Origin: the human T2T-CHM13v2.0 reference genome, Homo sapiens
Length of the DNA stretch: 64,000 bases
Strand: one strand, 5' to 3'
NCBI RefSeq assembly: GCF_009914755.1
Contig: NC_060937.1
The notes under the pieces are model-generated. The model ran no database searches, was not told the DNA's origin, and saw only the letters and a list, made by a program, of their open reading frames with translations. Both the position numbers and the translations under genes were made by a program. Of the stretch, positions 41,686 to 56,066 are shown piece after piece (position 1 is the stretch's first letter; each line of letters opens with the position of its first letter).

Positions 41686-41802
41686 CTCATCAATAAAAGT
41701 GATAGTTCCATTGACTTTCACTATGCCTATCTGCTCACTCTGAAGGGAAGGGTGGCTACGGATGCGAAGCCCCGCACTGTCCTTGGCCACAAATTTTCGA
41801 AC
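41686..41802 (-). CDS. MYCBP2: MYCBP2 coding exon, 117 nt, VRKFVAKDSAGLRIRSHPSLQ...TFIDE
   Basis: tttctcag|GTT acceptor, GAG|gtaatt donor; ORF track 41497..41790; phase 0 to 0. Confidence 0.97.
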
Positions 41803-42484
41803 CTGAGAAAGGCAAAGATAAACAGTGAGGTAGGAAGAACATAGAATAGAGATCTTACAAGTAGCAAGAAGTAAAATTAAGCAGGTTTGAAAGTATCGTA
41901 ATTCTTAATAAGGTTCCAGAATTATTTGTAGAGAGGCTCCCTCTGCAAATAACAGTATAACAACACTAACAACAGAACTTTTAAGCACTGAAATGTGTAT
42001 TACTGAAAATAAAGCTTAGACAATTATATATATTTTAACTCATTTCTAAATACTGAAGATACGTGTTAAGAAGGATAAAAACCATTTCTTTCTGTTAGAA
42101 AAATAAATTCAATTACCAATATTTCATTTTTTTAACATGCAGTTTACCAAAATGCCTGTACTTACTCTTTAGATTTCAGAAATTAACTTTTCTTTTGACA
42201 GTAGAGGACATTTTCACCTTGCAAACTTTACACTTAATTTCAGTAGACTTTTGTTCATTGTAAATGTTCCACAGCAGGAAGAATACAATATGTACCAAAT
42301 AAAGAAGTACACATGCTACAACTTAGAAATATTACCATGAACTACTCTCTAAATTTATTTAGGGATATTTAGAATTCAAGTCCTGAAATCAAGTAAAATG
42401 TTAGATGTTTACTGGCCATTTTGAAGCATCAGTGACAAACGTAAAAATTGAATGATTCCGGCTCTCAATTCATTCTGCCCTAAC

Positions 42485-42582
42485 CTTATTAGGCTGAGGT
42501 TCAGACTTTGGTTTGACCAACTGAGTTCCTGGTGGTATCATCCCTTTTGGTGGGTCTTTTACTTTTACTTCCAGACCAGCAT
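42485..42582 (-). CDS. MYCBP2: MYCBP2 coding exon, 98 nt, (D)AGLEVKVKDPPKGMIPPGTQLVKPKSEPQPNK
   Basis: tctgacag|AT acceptor, AAG|gttagg donor; phase 1 to 0. Confidence 0.96.
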
Positions 42583-42949
42583 CTGTCAGAAAAATCAGAG
42601 AACTGTAACATTTGAGAAAAAAAGAGAAGGAAGATCCTTAAACCTAATCTTATAAACATCCACAGGCTATTTTTAAAAATTAACACAAATATCTGATTTC
42701 TGTCCTTTTAAGGTGATGGATATTTAATAGGCTAAACAAGAGAAATATTTTAAAAATGGCCCTGAGATTCTAAAGGAATGTCTCAGGATGTCAAGGAAAA
42801 GAAGGGGCTCCCTATCTTTAACTAGAACATATGAAATGATACAGAAAAAATGGAAAATAATAAAAAAAAGAACCCTTGAGAATTAAATCTTATCTGACAA
42901 TATCCAATCAGAATACCACTCATCATCTCTACCAGTCCTCTCTATGACA

Positions 42950-43485
42950 ATGTAGCATGGTTGTGAGAAGCTGAGGTTCTCATGTTAGACTGCTTTGGTT
43001 ACTCCAATATCTCGCACTAACTGTTTGACTCTCTGTGCCTCAATTTCTTCATCTATAAAATGGGAAAAATAACAGTATCTAACTCACCGAGCTGTTGTAG
43101 GAAATAAATGACGTAAAATGTACAAGGGGCCAGGCGCAGTGGTTCACAATTGTAATCCCAGCACTTTGGGAGGCCGGGGCAGGCGGATCACCTGAGGTCG
43201 GGAGTTCAAGATCAGCCTGGCCACCATAGTGAAACCCCATCTCTACTAAAAATACAAAAATTAGCCGGGCCTGGTGGCGCGCACCTGTAATTCTAGGTAC
43301 TCAGGAAGCTGAAGCATGAGAATTGCTTGAACCTGTGAGGTGGAGGTTGCAGTGGGCAGGGATCGCGCCACTGCATTCCAGCCTGTGCAACAGAGTGAGA
43401 CTCTGTCTCAAAAAAAAAAAAAAAAAGTATACATAGAGAAAATTTAGATATATATTAAATGCACAATAAATGCTAGCTATTATTA
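42950..43485 (+). mobile_element. MIR interrupted by an Alu
   Basis: ctctgtgcctcaatttcttcatctataaaatggg before the Alu and aataaatgctagctattatta after it. Confidence 0.75.
43128..43426 (+). mobile_element. Alu (S-type)
   Basis: Full dimer with A-tail. Confidence 0.95.
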
Positions 43486-44365
43486 TTATAACTATTCTAG
43501 TGAATTATTATCTCTGCTTGTCTATGGTCAAGCAAGGTCGCAGCCCATTGATGGCATCGGAGAAAACTTAGGAAGAAGAGCAGGGAAGTTGAGTATGGAA
43601 GAAAATGGATGATTCTAAGTAAGCAAGTATTTTTGTTCAGCTTCATTCCAAAAAACAAATATAAGTGGATTTTTCTTATCTAATTTGTATCAGTTTTCTT
43701 CATCCCCACTATTAGATAAGATGATGAAAAAAACTCTATCTACTGAAATTTTACCAGAATTTTTAGAGAAAAGAAAATTTTCACAATGTCATTCTTGGCT
43801 ATTTCTACTTTCGAATTCCTACTGTAATTTGTATGTCTTGTGTGTCACTACTTATATTCTACTTCATAAGATTTTTGTTTGCGTGTTTTATTTTCACAAT
43901 CCTCATTAAAGTGTTAACACTTGACAGGAATTGTCTTACCCAGGAAAATGTATGCTCAGAACCAAAAAACATTTGCTGAACTAAAGGCTTTATGAATATA
44001 TTGAAATAAAGAAGAGTGCAGCAAAGGCTGCTGGTGAAGGTCTCTAGAATGGTACAGATGAACTGGATATATCTGAGTCTATATAGTTACATTAATGTAT
44101 GAGAACATACAATTACATCAATGTAAAGTACCTCTTTACCTCCACTGCCAAAGCAAACTACTTAAAGCAGGGTTTCCCAAATATTTTGGTGAAATATTAA
44201 TTGGTATTATTACTATCTCCACCCTGTTTCTCTCTTCTCCACTTGCAAGGGGTCCCACGATAAGGATTAAACATAGTCAGACAAGTTTCTTGATTTCAGA
44301 ACTTCTCAGAATCCCTAATATGTTAATGTAGATTGTGTGAATGTCTCAAGTGAGACTACCATATA

Positions 44366-44600
44366 CAAGTTGAGCATCTCTAATCTGAAAACCCCAAATC
44401 CAAAATGATCTAAAATCTAAAACCTTTGGGTGCTGACATGATGCTCAAAAAAAGTGCTCACTGGAGCATTCTGAATTTTGAAATTTTGAATTAGGGATGC
44501 TCAACTGGTAACTGTAATACAACTATTCCAAAATCAGAAAAAGTCCAAAATCTAGAATACTTCTGGTGCCAAGCATTTCAGATAAAAGATACTCATCCCA
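44366..44600 (-). mobile_element. Tigger4a (MER46A) DNA transposon relic
   Basis: caagttgagcatc...ggatgctcaac inverted motifs and ccaagcatttcagataa-gatactca end. Confidence 0.8.
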
Positions 44601-44794
44601 AACCAGGTTTTCGAAATTTATCTGATCACAGAAACCCCTTTCCTTGAGGAGCATCAGGAAAAATAATGTTACAAGAAATTCACACTGATAAGTACTAGAG
44701 TTTTCTCCTTGTTATCCTATTATACAGACAGTTTAAAAGTAAAGAAAAGATTAATGCCTAAAACAAAAGAAATATGTTTTTCAAAGTTAATGGT

Positions 44795-45660
44795 TGTGAT
44801 GATTACTTCTAGGTGTCCACTTGACTGGATTAAAGAATACCTAGAAACCTGGTAAGGCATTACTTTTGCGTCTGTGAGGGTGTTTCCAGACAAGACTGGC
44901 GTGTGAGTGTGAGTGGAGTAGGTGGAGAAGATCTGCTTTCAATGTGGACAGGCGCTGTCCAATCAGCTGGGGACACAGAGCAAACAAAAACAGAGGAGAG
45001 GTGAATGTATTTCTATTTTTTGGAGCTTGGATAAACACTTCCTCTACTGTCCCTTGACATTTGAACTCCAGGGTCCCCAGCATTTAGACTCCAGGACTTA
45101 TTATTAGTGGCCCTCCTGGATTCTCAGACCTTTGGCCTCAGACTGAGAGTTACATCATCTGCTTCCCTGGTTCTGAGGCTACCTGCATCTCAGGATCTCC
45201 AGCTTGCAGGTGTGGCCCATAATGGGACTTTTCAGACTCCATAATTGTGCGAGCCAATTTCCCTAATAAATCCTCTCATATATCTAATATAGACATGCAT
45301 TGCTTAAGGATGGGGAAATGTTCTGAGAAATGAATCACCAGGCAATTTCATCATTGTGCAAACATCAGAGTGGACTTAAGCAAACCTAGATGGTACAGAT
45401 TACCTGGGTTATATGGTACAGCCTATTGGTCTTAGGCTACAATCCTGTACAGCATGTTACCCTACTGAATACTGCAGGTAACTGTAACACAATGGTAAGG
45501 ATTTGCATATCTAAACATATCTAAGCATAGAAAAGGTACAGGAAAATCTTATAGGACCACCATTATATACGCTGTTCGTCACTGACCAAAATGCTATGAG
45601 GTACATGACTGTATAGATATCCTATTGGTTCTGTCTCTCTGGAGAACCCAGATTAACACA
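44795..45660 (+). mobile_element. MLT2 (ERVL) solo LTR, interrupted
   Basis: tgtgatg...ttgactggattaa...tctgtgagggtgtttccaga start; ctaataaatc; cctattggttctgtctctctggagaacc...aacaca end. Confidence 0.85.
45290..45611 (+). mobile_element. Tigger3a (MER7A) nested in the MLT2 LTR
   Basis: gcttaa-gatgggga-atgttctgagaaatg...aaacctagatggta...catgactg; TA flanks. Confidence 0.88.
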
Positions 45661-46082
45661 ATGATCGATTTAAAAATGCATTCATTCATCCATATTTGCT
45701 GTCATTATGTGCCAGGCACTGAGCTACACTGGAAGATCCAAACATGAATGCTTTCTGCTCACAGTCAGGAGAGGCACAGACACACCCACAGGGGAGAGAC
45801 AGGGTAACAGCAGCGTGGAAGAGAGCACACCTGACTAGTAACATCAGGAAATGGAGGGAGAGAGTCATGAGGGCTACAGTGCCTGGGCGGACACCAGAAA
45901 TTATTACAAAATGTTAATGCACTAATTAAATACTCATTATGAAAGAGAAAACAAGGCCTCAAATAAGTTATGAAACCTATCCATATGTCTAGTGCAAGTT
46001 AATGGGCAAAACTAGAAGATAAAAATAATTTTGACTCTAGTTATTTGAAGTAAGTAGTAGCTCATGGCTTTAAAGAAAATAC

Positions 46083-46198
46083 CGATTTCAATGCCATCAA
46101 TGGTAACATGAAGAGTGTAGAGTCCAATAGCCCCTGGAGTCCAATTTGCACAATAAGTCCCATCATTATTGACACGGATCAGCATATTCTCACTGGGT
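46083..46198 (-). CDS. MYCBP2: MYCBP2 coding exon, 116 nt, (R)PSENMLIRVNNDGTYCANWTPGAIGLYTLHVTIDGIEI; C-terminal half of the filamin repeat
   Basis: ttttcag|A acceptor, G|gtattt donor; NNDGTY...PG.Y...V filamin signature; phase 2 to 1. Confidence 0.96.
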
Positions 46199-46289
46199 CT
46201 GAAAAGAAATAAGATGGATATTGGAAATTTTACTTTTGGTTAAGCAGTCAACATCATTACGATAGTTCAGCAAACATTTAATTTGTTTG

Positions 46290-47210
46290 CATACCTCCTG
46301 GCAATCCTACCACCCTGCCATAGTACGCTTGCCTACTCTCCAAAATGCTTGAATTTCACTTCTTTCTTACCTCAAACCTGCATCACCTCTCTTCCTAACT
46401 CTCAGGTGATCATGACCTCACCTCTTTCTTCTGTGAGACAATAAGCAATCAGATACAACCTCAAAGTTGCAATGTGATTAATAAACCTACTTTCCCCTGC
46501 CTTCTCTCATGGTAGAATGGAGGAAGTGTCCTGGATCTGATCCAAAGCTAGTCCCTCCCCTTGTGCTGTGAATCTTATTCCCTCAACATTTTTATGCTGC
46601 AATCACCTTGTTCTCTCTCATGCATCATCAATTACTCTCAATTTAGTGAATCATTTCGATTAGCACACAAACTTTAGAATCTTCACTAACACCTCCCTTT
46701 GGTATTACAACCCCCTCTAATAAGGTCTTACATCTCTTCTCCGATTTATATCAAACTCCATTCTCTCACTTCTACTTCCTTTCCACAATTTATCCTTATT
46801 AGGCTTTTGTTTCCAACATTTCCTTACAACTGCTGATGTCAAAGTCACCAATGACCACCACGTCCCCAAGTTCAATGGTCACTTCATCCTCAGCAATCTC
46901 TCAGTAGCATCTGATAGCTGACAACTCTTCCTATCTTGAAATACTTCCTTCTTTTTGCTTCTGTGACATTTTCCTGGCTTTTTTCTTATCTCACTGGCCA
47001 TTCTTTGTCAGTGTTTTGTTGCTTTCCCTTTTCTGACTACCGTTTAATTTAAGGAATGCCCCAGGATTTGGGTCTGGGTCATCTTTTTTCTACCTATGCC
47101 ATCTATCTAGGTGACAACCATTCCTCAGTTTTAAATGCCATCTCAATATAGATGATTCCCAAATTTATTTTCCCCATGAGTTTCAAACTGGTATTTCCAG
47201 CCTATACATA
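46290..47210 (+). mobile_element. L2 LINE fragment
   Basis: atgacctcacctc...tgagacaataagcaatcaga; gtcaaagtcaccaatgacc; ctctcagtagcatctga L2 blocks. Confidence 0.72.
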
Positions 47211-47799
47211 ATTCTGCTATCTCAGATTCACTTCAGAGATTTTTCTAAATTCTATGGAGGTGATCTCTCCAAAGTATAATGCATCTAATTATTTTTTCCA
47301 AGTTTCTATTTTAAGTAGTACTGTTCCTAACAAATAAAATATTAACTCAAAAAAAGTCCTTAAATCTGAAGTTAACAGAATTACTTACGGGCTGAAAAAT
47401 TAAGACAGTACAATCAAATACAAGTATACCACATGCTGAAATCTCTCCACAATTCATTGGAAGGAGAAAAGGAACAATTTTTAAATAGCAAACAAACAAA
47501 AAACAAACTAATCAACCCTAAACAAGTCAATTTAAACATTTTTACATACTAGATATCTACTTTACATACCTATTTTCACTAGTAGGTAGTATTATGTAAT
47601 ATATTGGCAGTATTACAGTTGAATGTAAACACATTCTTTCTGCAAATCTATACATTATTATATGACATCTCTATCGGCAACCTAGAAAAATGCTATAAAG
47701 TATTTATTTATAGAAAATAAAGTTGAAATGCAGGATGATTTTAGTTGCAAGCAGCTGACAACACATGTTTTGGTTATACTTTGAGAAAACGATCCTTAC

Positions 47800-47855
47800 C
47801 TCTTAGGAGTTGGTGATGCAAAACGTAGTTCTTCAAATGAATAATTTTCATAAAC
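47800..47855 (-). CDS. MYCBP2: MYCBP2 coding exon, 56 nt, VYENYSFEELRFASPTPK(R); core of the GLEBS-like motif
   Basis: ctttcttaaag|GTT acceptor (uncommon AAG), AG|gtaagg donor; phase 0 to 2; in frame with both neighbours. Confidence 0.94.
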
Positions 47856-47924
47856 CTTTAAGAAAGAGACCAGTCTGAACAATCGTAAAATCATTTAAAA
47901 ACATTCTCAATTAACAGAGTAATA

Positions 47925-49080
47925 TATTATTCAATAAATGGTTGTGAGACAACTGGTTATACATATAGGAGAAAAAGAAAAAAAATTACCTACTTTAGAC
48001 CATTTATTAAAGATAAATTCTACAAGGTTTGAAGATCCAAAAGTAAACACCAAAACTTAAAAAAAAAAAGCAAAAGAAAAAAACAGATAACATCTTTTGA
48101 GTACATTAAAATTTTAAAGTTTTCCAAAACAAATACTATACAGAAAGGAAAAGCTTCCACCTTGGAGAAGGAGATTTGTAACTCGTATAACCCAAAGGTG
48201 ATATGCATCCATAACATATAGAGAATAAATCCATACAAAAGAGATAAACAACAACAAAAAAAGACAGTCAAGACAATTCTCTGAAGAAGAAATCTGAAAG
48301 GTCAATAAAGACTAGAAAAGTTATTTAACTAAACTTGGAGGAAAATACGAATTAAAACAAAACTAAAATAAATCACATCATGGTCATCAAATTGTGTTGG
48401 TAAGAACCAAGCGCAGAGGAGAACATGCAGCACCTGCTACTTTCATACATTGCTCGTGGGAGTGTGAGTTTTGGCAATACTTAATGTAGTTGTAGTTGTG
48501 CATGCCCTACAACTTAACAATTCCACTTCTAAGTATGTATCTTACAGAAACTCTTGCTCATGTACAAAAGGAGACAAATACAGAATGTTTATTTCAGTAC
48601 AGTTTATAATAAGCGTCCATCAATGGGAGAATGGACAGATTATGGAATAGATCCCCAATGGAATGCTTTAAAGCAGTTAAAATGAATGACCTATAGCTAC
48701 ACGGCTGAACCTCAAAAACAACATTAAGCAAAAATCTGGCAAAATGATACATACAATACGATATTATTTTATAAACTTCTGGAAAACGTATTGAACAACC
48801 CAAAATATACTGCTTATGAATAAATTTGTATTCAGTAAGAGCCTAAAAATATATACAGGAATGAGAATCACTACACTCAGGGCAGTGGTTACCTCTAAGG
48901 AAGGGGTGGTAATGGGTCTGAGGAAGGGTTTATGCAGGCTTCAATTGTACCTGTAGCAATCTGTTTCTTAATAAAAAAATAACAAAATGACCTGAAACAA
49001 TTATGGTAAAATGTAAAGACAAAAATGGGCTGTAGGTACATGAAACTTGGCACATTATTCTGAATACTTCTGTATGCCTG
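47925..49080 (+). mobile_element. Old L1M (L1MC/ME) 3' fragment
   Basis: ttcaataaatggt...acaactgg; caattccacttctaagtat...agaaactcttgc; gtggttacctct. Confidence 0.75.
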
Positions 49081-49544
49081 CAACATTAGCAAAGAAATCA
49101 TTATCTTTCAAGGTTCAGGTCAAGATGTCCAACTGCTCATCTACTTCTAACTCCTCCTGTACTTACAGTAAAAGGAAGCAAACTCAAAGCCCCCTTCCTT
49201 CTCTCTACCCTTTTTGTTTTCATAAAAATGAATTAGAAATGATCTAGCTGACTTTACCTACTCAAAAGTTACACATGAGAAAAACGCAAGTTAAGGCTGA
49301 GTCTTTAGCCATACAAAGGTGAGAAAAGGAAATCCATGTTTCTAGACTTTCAGTACAATGTATTTTCTATTTCATCACTCTCCCTCAAATTCATATTATT
49401 AACACACTTAGTAATGAAAGAAGAGACCATATTTCATCTTTCCATCCTCTACAATACTTGGCTCACTACTGAGTGAATACATAGTATCTGTGAATGGTTG
49501 ATAAGGAAAATTTCCTTTCCTGGGACCTGAATTAACATTTCACA

Positions 49545-49760
49545 GATACTGTTTGGGAATGGTATTCCATACCTGCTCTAAACCTAGGCTACTCAGAACA
49601 TGTTTGAAATATTGCATTCCGTTGTGGTAACAAAATTTGCAAAAGAAATTATACAAACTGAAGCATGTTCATAGGAAACTAAAAGATTAGGGAGGTAAGG
49701 AGACTAGAAACTAAATTCCTTAAGCAAGTGTTGGAATAGAGAAGAATTTTTAGCCTTGCT
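49545..49760 (+). mobile_element. L3/CR1 LINE relic
   Basis: acaaactgaagcatgttcatagga...ctagaaac...tttagcct resembles the CR1 ORF2 3' block. Confidence 0.55.
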
Positions 49761-49919
49761 TTTTTTTTTAATAGTAGAAATAATTTTAAAATTTGATACT
49801 AAAATAGCCAAATGTGTAAGATGGATTTTTTAAAAAATGAGACAAATATTTATTTCGGATATAGAATTCATAATGAGATTATTAATTTGGTGAGTAAAAA
49901 GTGAGAGAAGAGAATTCTT

Positions 49920-51680
49920 TAACAGCCAGTGGACAATTCACCTAGAACTCTAGTTTCTCATTCCCTGATTTCTTTAACCTCAATAACTTCAACTTTTTTT
50001 CCAGCCACTCACACCAAAAGTCACAGACCTGTGACATTACTCAGAATTGTTCTGTCTCTGAAATCAAAATAAAATGGCCTGTTCAGTTTTTTACCTCAAT
50101 AACTATTCTTATATCTACTTTGACGTCTAGTCCCTCTTACTTCCTTGACTCTGAAATTTCTTCCCTTCCAAACTAAATTAGGTTCCACTGTCCTCTCTTT
50201 AGCTACCATATACTTAACTTCCTTGTTCCACTGTTCTTTTGCTGGTCTAGCAAAATTTTAATGCTAGATCCATCCAAATGATTGTTTTATCCATGCTCAT
50301 ATGACTCACACTGTTATTCACAAATAATCTTCAATTTCAACTGATTATTCAAAGGCATCTAATAAATCTTTTCTGATCGGTGCTTTCTTTTAATCTCTAG
50401 AATAACAATTTCATTTTATCCGCTTTGTTTCAAAACCTTGACCCTAAGATTCATCACTTCCATTTCCATCCCAAAACACATAATTACTGTTTTAAATAAT
50501 TCCTTTGGCTGCAAAACCTACAAATTTACTAGCATCTGTATTAAGCTTTCTTTTCCTTCTTCTGGTAGAATGAAACAAGCACTACTCCTCCTCCTATTTA
50601 AGGCCAATGCTACCACTTGAGCTCTAGATTCTATTTTTATATTCGGAGTATCTTTATTGTTTTTTCTCTCAATTACCTCCTAATCAGCACTCAAATATGT
50701 AACTCTATCTCTATTAATAAGACCCCATACTCCAAAGCCTTCACTCAATTCCATTTCCTCTGGTTCTTTCTATAGTCAAACATCTTGAAAGGCTTATCTA
50801 CACTCACTTCAGCCATTCCCTTAATTATGTGTTGCTTCTTTGGCTAGTATTCTTACCAATGTGAATCGTTTTTCCTTTTCCTTTCTTTTTCTCTTATCTA
50901 CCTTGTAAATCAGTATTTCTCAAAGTTTAGGTTTTGAATTTGAATCACTGCATATTTGTTTCAGGTAAATTCCTGAACCTCTCTCCAAACCCACTGAATC
51001 TAAATCTCTGGGTGCTTGGAAATCTTTTTTTTTTTTTAAGTAAGTGCTCCAGATGCTTCTGATGTAGAGAAGAGTCTGAGACTCAGTGATATTGGTGTTT
51101 CTTAGGATCCTATCCTGGAACTTCTGTCTTCATTCACCATAGAAGGTATCATCTATTCCCATGACTTCATAAGTAATGTAAGTGCTAATGATTCCTGAAT
51201 CCTTTTCTTGAGGTCAGACTGTGATCACTCAGGTCTGTACATCTAACTTTGTTTTATACATCTTCACGTAGGTATTTCAGAAGTATCTAAAACTCACCTC
51301 ATCCAAAACTGAATCTGCTATCTTTCTCAACCAAAACCTGCCCCTCTTCCATTATCAATTGGACACAAGCTCAATATGTGAATTTCATCTTTTATTTCCT
51401 ACCTTTCTTCTTTACTCCACCTCCACTAGCTACCAGGTTCTACTGATTCTATTGAATCTATCCTCATTGACAACTCACTAGTCCAACTGATCAGCATATC
51501 TCACCAAATTAAGTCAATAGTCCCCTAAAGAGACTAAAACCAAGTCATGTTTCTTGATCATCTGCCCAATTACACTGTCCATATTCCACCACAATCGTTA
51601 CAAAACACAAATCTAATCAAGCCATTCCTCTACCCAAAAGCCTTCAATGGCTCACCACTGCTCTCTGAAAATGCCAAAAT
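49920..51680 (+). mobile_element. Fragmented L2, with a MER5A-like insert at about 50910-51088
   Basis: L2 blocks (aaactcacctcatccaaaactgaa; ccttcaatggctc) and MER5A-like cactgaatctaaatctctggg...ttctgatg. Confidence 0.6.
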
Positions 51681-51937
51681 TACAAACTTCAGCTTCAAAT
51701 AATGACTACCTTGATAATTCGGATTAACATTGCCTCTGAAGATAACTAAAACATCCAAAATATATATTTTTTAAATGTCTAAAGGTATTAGAGAGCTAAA
51801 AATCCCAAAGAGTTCTAGGAGATACATCTGGCATTTGAGAGAACCCAAAATTGAAGGGGGCATAGGTAAACCCCAAAACCCTGAAGAGATACATTCTAGC
51901 AAGAATAGTAAACTGCAAATAGACAAGTACTTAGAAA

Positions 51938-52079
51938 TTTTATTTTATTTTTATTTTTTTGTAGAGATGGGGTCTCACTACATTACTGAGGCTGGTCTCG
52001 AACTCTTGGCCTCAAGTGATGTTCCCTCCTTGGCCTCCCAAAGCCCTGGGATTATAGGTGTGGGCCACTGTTCCTGGTC
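51938..52079 (-). mobile_element. FLAM / Alu left monomer
   Basis: Monomer; TSD tagacaagtactt. Confidence 0.88.
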
Positions 52080-52371
52080 AGAAGTAGACAAGTACTTTCA
52101 CAGGAACTGAAACTCAGCCTAATCCATCTGTATCTCTGATTCGATTAACTTGATCTGTAATTGGTGATCCCCTCTGGACATCTGCCAAAAACCAATGAAA
52201 ATCCTCTCTGAAGACAGGATAACATCATCTTAATAAGTGTTGCTGCAAATTTAATATCCATCAAATGCTCTTTGGACTTACAATTTCATGTCTGCATCTG
52301 AATCACTGAAATGTTGGTTAAATAAACAAATGCTGAAAACTAAAATTTTTCTGATAAGTAAAATAAATTAC

Positions 52372-52587
52372 CTTCATCATTGTTATGGCAATATATCGAG
52401 CTTCCTTCACTATCATTGGTTCATATGAAACATCTAGCTTTGGTGATGCCAGCCCTCCATAAGTCATGTCAGTATTAGAAGATGCAGCTGTTACTGCAGG
52501 ACTGCCAGGAATCCTTTGAGGTTTCTTTGCTTGATCTTGTTGTAAAGACATTTTTTTCTGAGAAACAGGGACAGCTTTCACTTCCAC
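52372..52587 (-). CDS. MYCBP2: MYCBP2 coding exon, 216 nt, VEVKAVPVSQKK...RYIAITMMK
   Basis: gtttag|GTG acceptor, AAG|gtaatt donor; ORF track 52318..52587; phase 0 to 0. Confidence 0.97.
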
Positions 52588-54031
52588 CTAAACATGGTAT
52601 TATAGAAACCAAATACCATTATTATTTAATTGTCACTGACATCAAAATAAGCAACTTACTATTATAAACTCATAATTATGTATACTTTATGTTAGCATTG
52701 GTCTGTCTCTGGCATTCCCTTCAAAGGCTTATTGAAAAGAGTTCAAATGACCTCAAGATGGGTTGACAATATGAACCATGAACACGGTGTAAAAACAAGG
52801 CCTCATAGTTTTGGAATACATAATCAGAGATATCAAAACATAAAAACAAATGCACCACTAATAAAGTACAGGAAAAGATAGTGGAATGAATCTACATTAA
52901 GTTATTGCAGGGACTAACAAATTATTTTATCAGGTAATGCAAGTGTAAATGCTTTCCCACAATCTCAGCACATTTTAAAGCACTAATGTCAGTTTGAGCT
53001 GCACTGTTCTACAGAAGAAAATGTACTCTATTTATAGAAGTTTCAAAAATTAACACTTAATAAAACAAATCTTATACCTAAAGCCCAAATATGTTTCTTT
53101 ACTCGGGTGAAGAAAGAATATTATTAGACAGCCCTATCACCAACATCAACATTTGATTTAAGCAATCTATTAAATAATTAAACTTTGCAACTCACTTTCT
53201 TTAAGAATAAAATGGGACTATCTTTCGTCCACTAACTCTACAGTATAGATGCAAAAAACAGATTCGTTAATGGATGTTAATATACTGAAAATACAAATTG
53301 TCTTATAAAAATACCTTTTAGATATATTTTCCAGGAATTATAACTTTGCAACTCAATTTCTTCAACAAAACGGGACTATCTTTGATCTACTAACTCTACT
53401 ATTTCATCTACTAACTACTATTTCTGAAAAATACTTTTTAGAAATATTTCCCAGAAATTATAAGAAAACATTGTTTTTATTTGTTTATGCATTGGCAGAA
53501 AAACACTTGACCCCTAGGCAACCACAAATGTACACACAATTTGAATACCACTTTAGTTCTTCAGCAGGTATCACCATTCTGAGCTTTACTCAAAGTTTCT
53601 GCTGCTCCCTACAGACAATAGTTTTGTGGTTGGCAAGAACAGGTAATTCAACAGAATTGTCACAGAAATAGAAAAAGTGCAGAGATAAAAGTGATAGTAT
53701 TTTTAAGTAATTGAGAGCTACCTCAGAACTACAGACTGTCTTTATGTTTATTGTTCTTAACAACGCGATTCTATGGAATCAGTAGTTTGAGACTTTCGCT
53801 ATTTATATAATGTTAGGCACAGGTGACAAATATGTTCCATTAAGTGACCACTATCTTCAGGTGAGGTTACAAGAGATCAGTATTTGGACTGACACAAACC
53901 CCTGGAAATATTAAAAACCCATTCTTATATTTAAAAAATGGCAGTTTACAGGTATATGGTTAAAATTTCAACTCAAACACATGTGCCAGCATAAAAAGCT
54001 TTAAACTTTAAACAATTAAAAAATCTGAAGA

Positions 54032-55092
<1,061 letters not shown>

Positions 55093-55389
55093 AACATATT
55101 TGATATTAAATTACAGACACTATTTTTATACATACTATTTCAATTTAACCTTTCTGTAAGCAACTATATTTACCCTAAGTATTTAATAAATTATCATTAG
55201 AGTCTATGTGTGTATGCACCATGAACCTTGAAGTAAATCACTGAATAATTTTATACTTTAAGAAAACTGAGACATTATAGAATAACCATTCTGCTTTCTT
55301 TTACAAACTGTGTTACTTAAAAAAAAAGTTATTCTTGTATTTCCTATGTGACTTTCTCTTGTCAATAAATAAGATTTCCTTAAAATAAA

Positions 55390-55575
55390 CTTTTTTTTTT
55401 TAATTCACAGGAAGTTTCAAAAATAGATGAAATGTCCTATGTACCCTTCACTCAGGTTCCCCCAATGGCTACATTTTATCCAACACTGTCAGACACTGAT
55501 GGTACTGAACCAAAACCAGGAAATTGACATTGGTACAATATGTGTGTTTAGTTCTAACTCATTTTATCACAGGTA
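55390..55575 (-). mobile_element. L1MC-type 3' end
   Basis: Poly(T) then aattcacaggaagtt...gtacccttcac...aaaaccaggaaattgacattggtacaat. Confidence 0.72.
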
Positions 55576-55979
55576 GGGAACAGTCATTTTATAAGTAAAA
55601 AATTATAACAATAACACTTGTTGCTTTTGAAAGCATTTTGGAACTCATTGAAATATTAGCTGCAAATCAACTTTTATGCTTCAAATAATTAGCTATTACT
55701 GCATAAAGATTTTAACAATTTATGAACAGTCTAAAGTGCTCCTAAGACTTCATATACTAATAGGCTGAAAGTAAAATAGGTTAAATTAATTTTGTTTCCA
55801 GCTAATATAATATGATATTAATACATTAAACATCAGTAGGAGCACAAATCACTTCTTCTAGATAGTATTTAGAGTGGTTTTCTAGAAAGTTTCTAAATTG
55901 GATAAATCTGACATGAATTTAGAGCACACTGAGTAAGAGGTTTAAGTCAAGGAAAGATAGTAGGAGAAGCAAATATATG

Positions 55980-56066
55980 GAGGAGAAAGAAGAGGAAGAA
56001 AAGAAGGAAAAAGGAGAAGGAGGTGAAAGGGAAAGAGGAGAGGGAAGAAGAGAGGAAAAAAAAAAG
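55980..56066. repeat. GA-rich polypurine low-complexity tract
   Basis: About 85 nt of almost pure purines. Confidence 0.9.
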
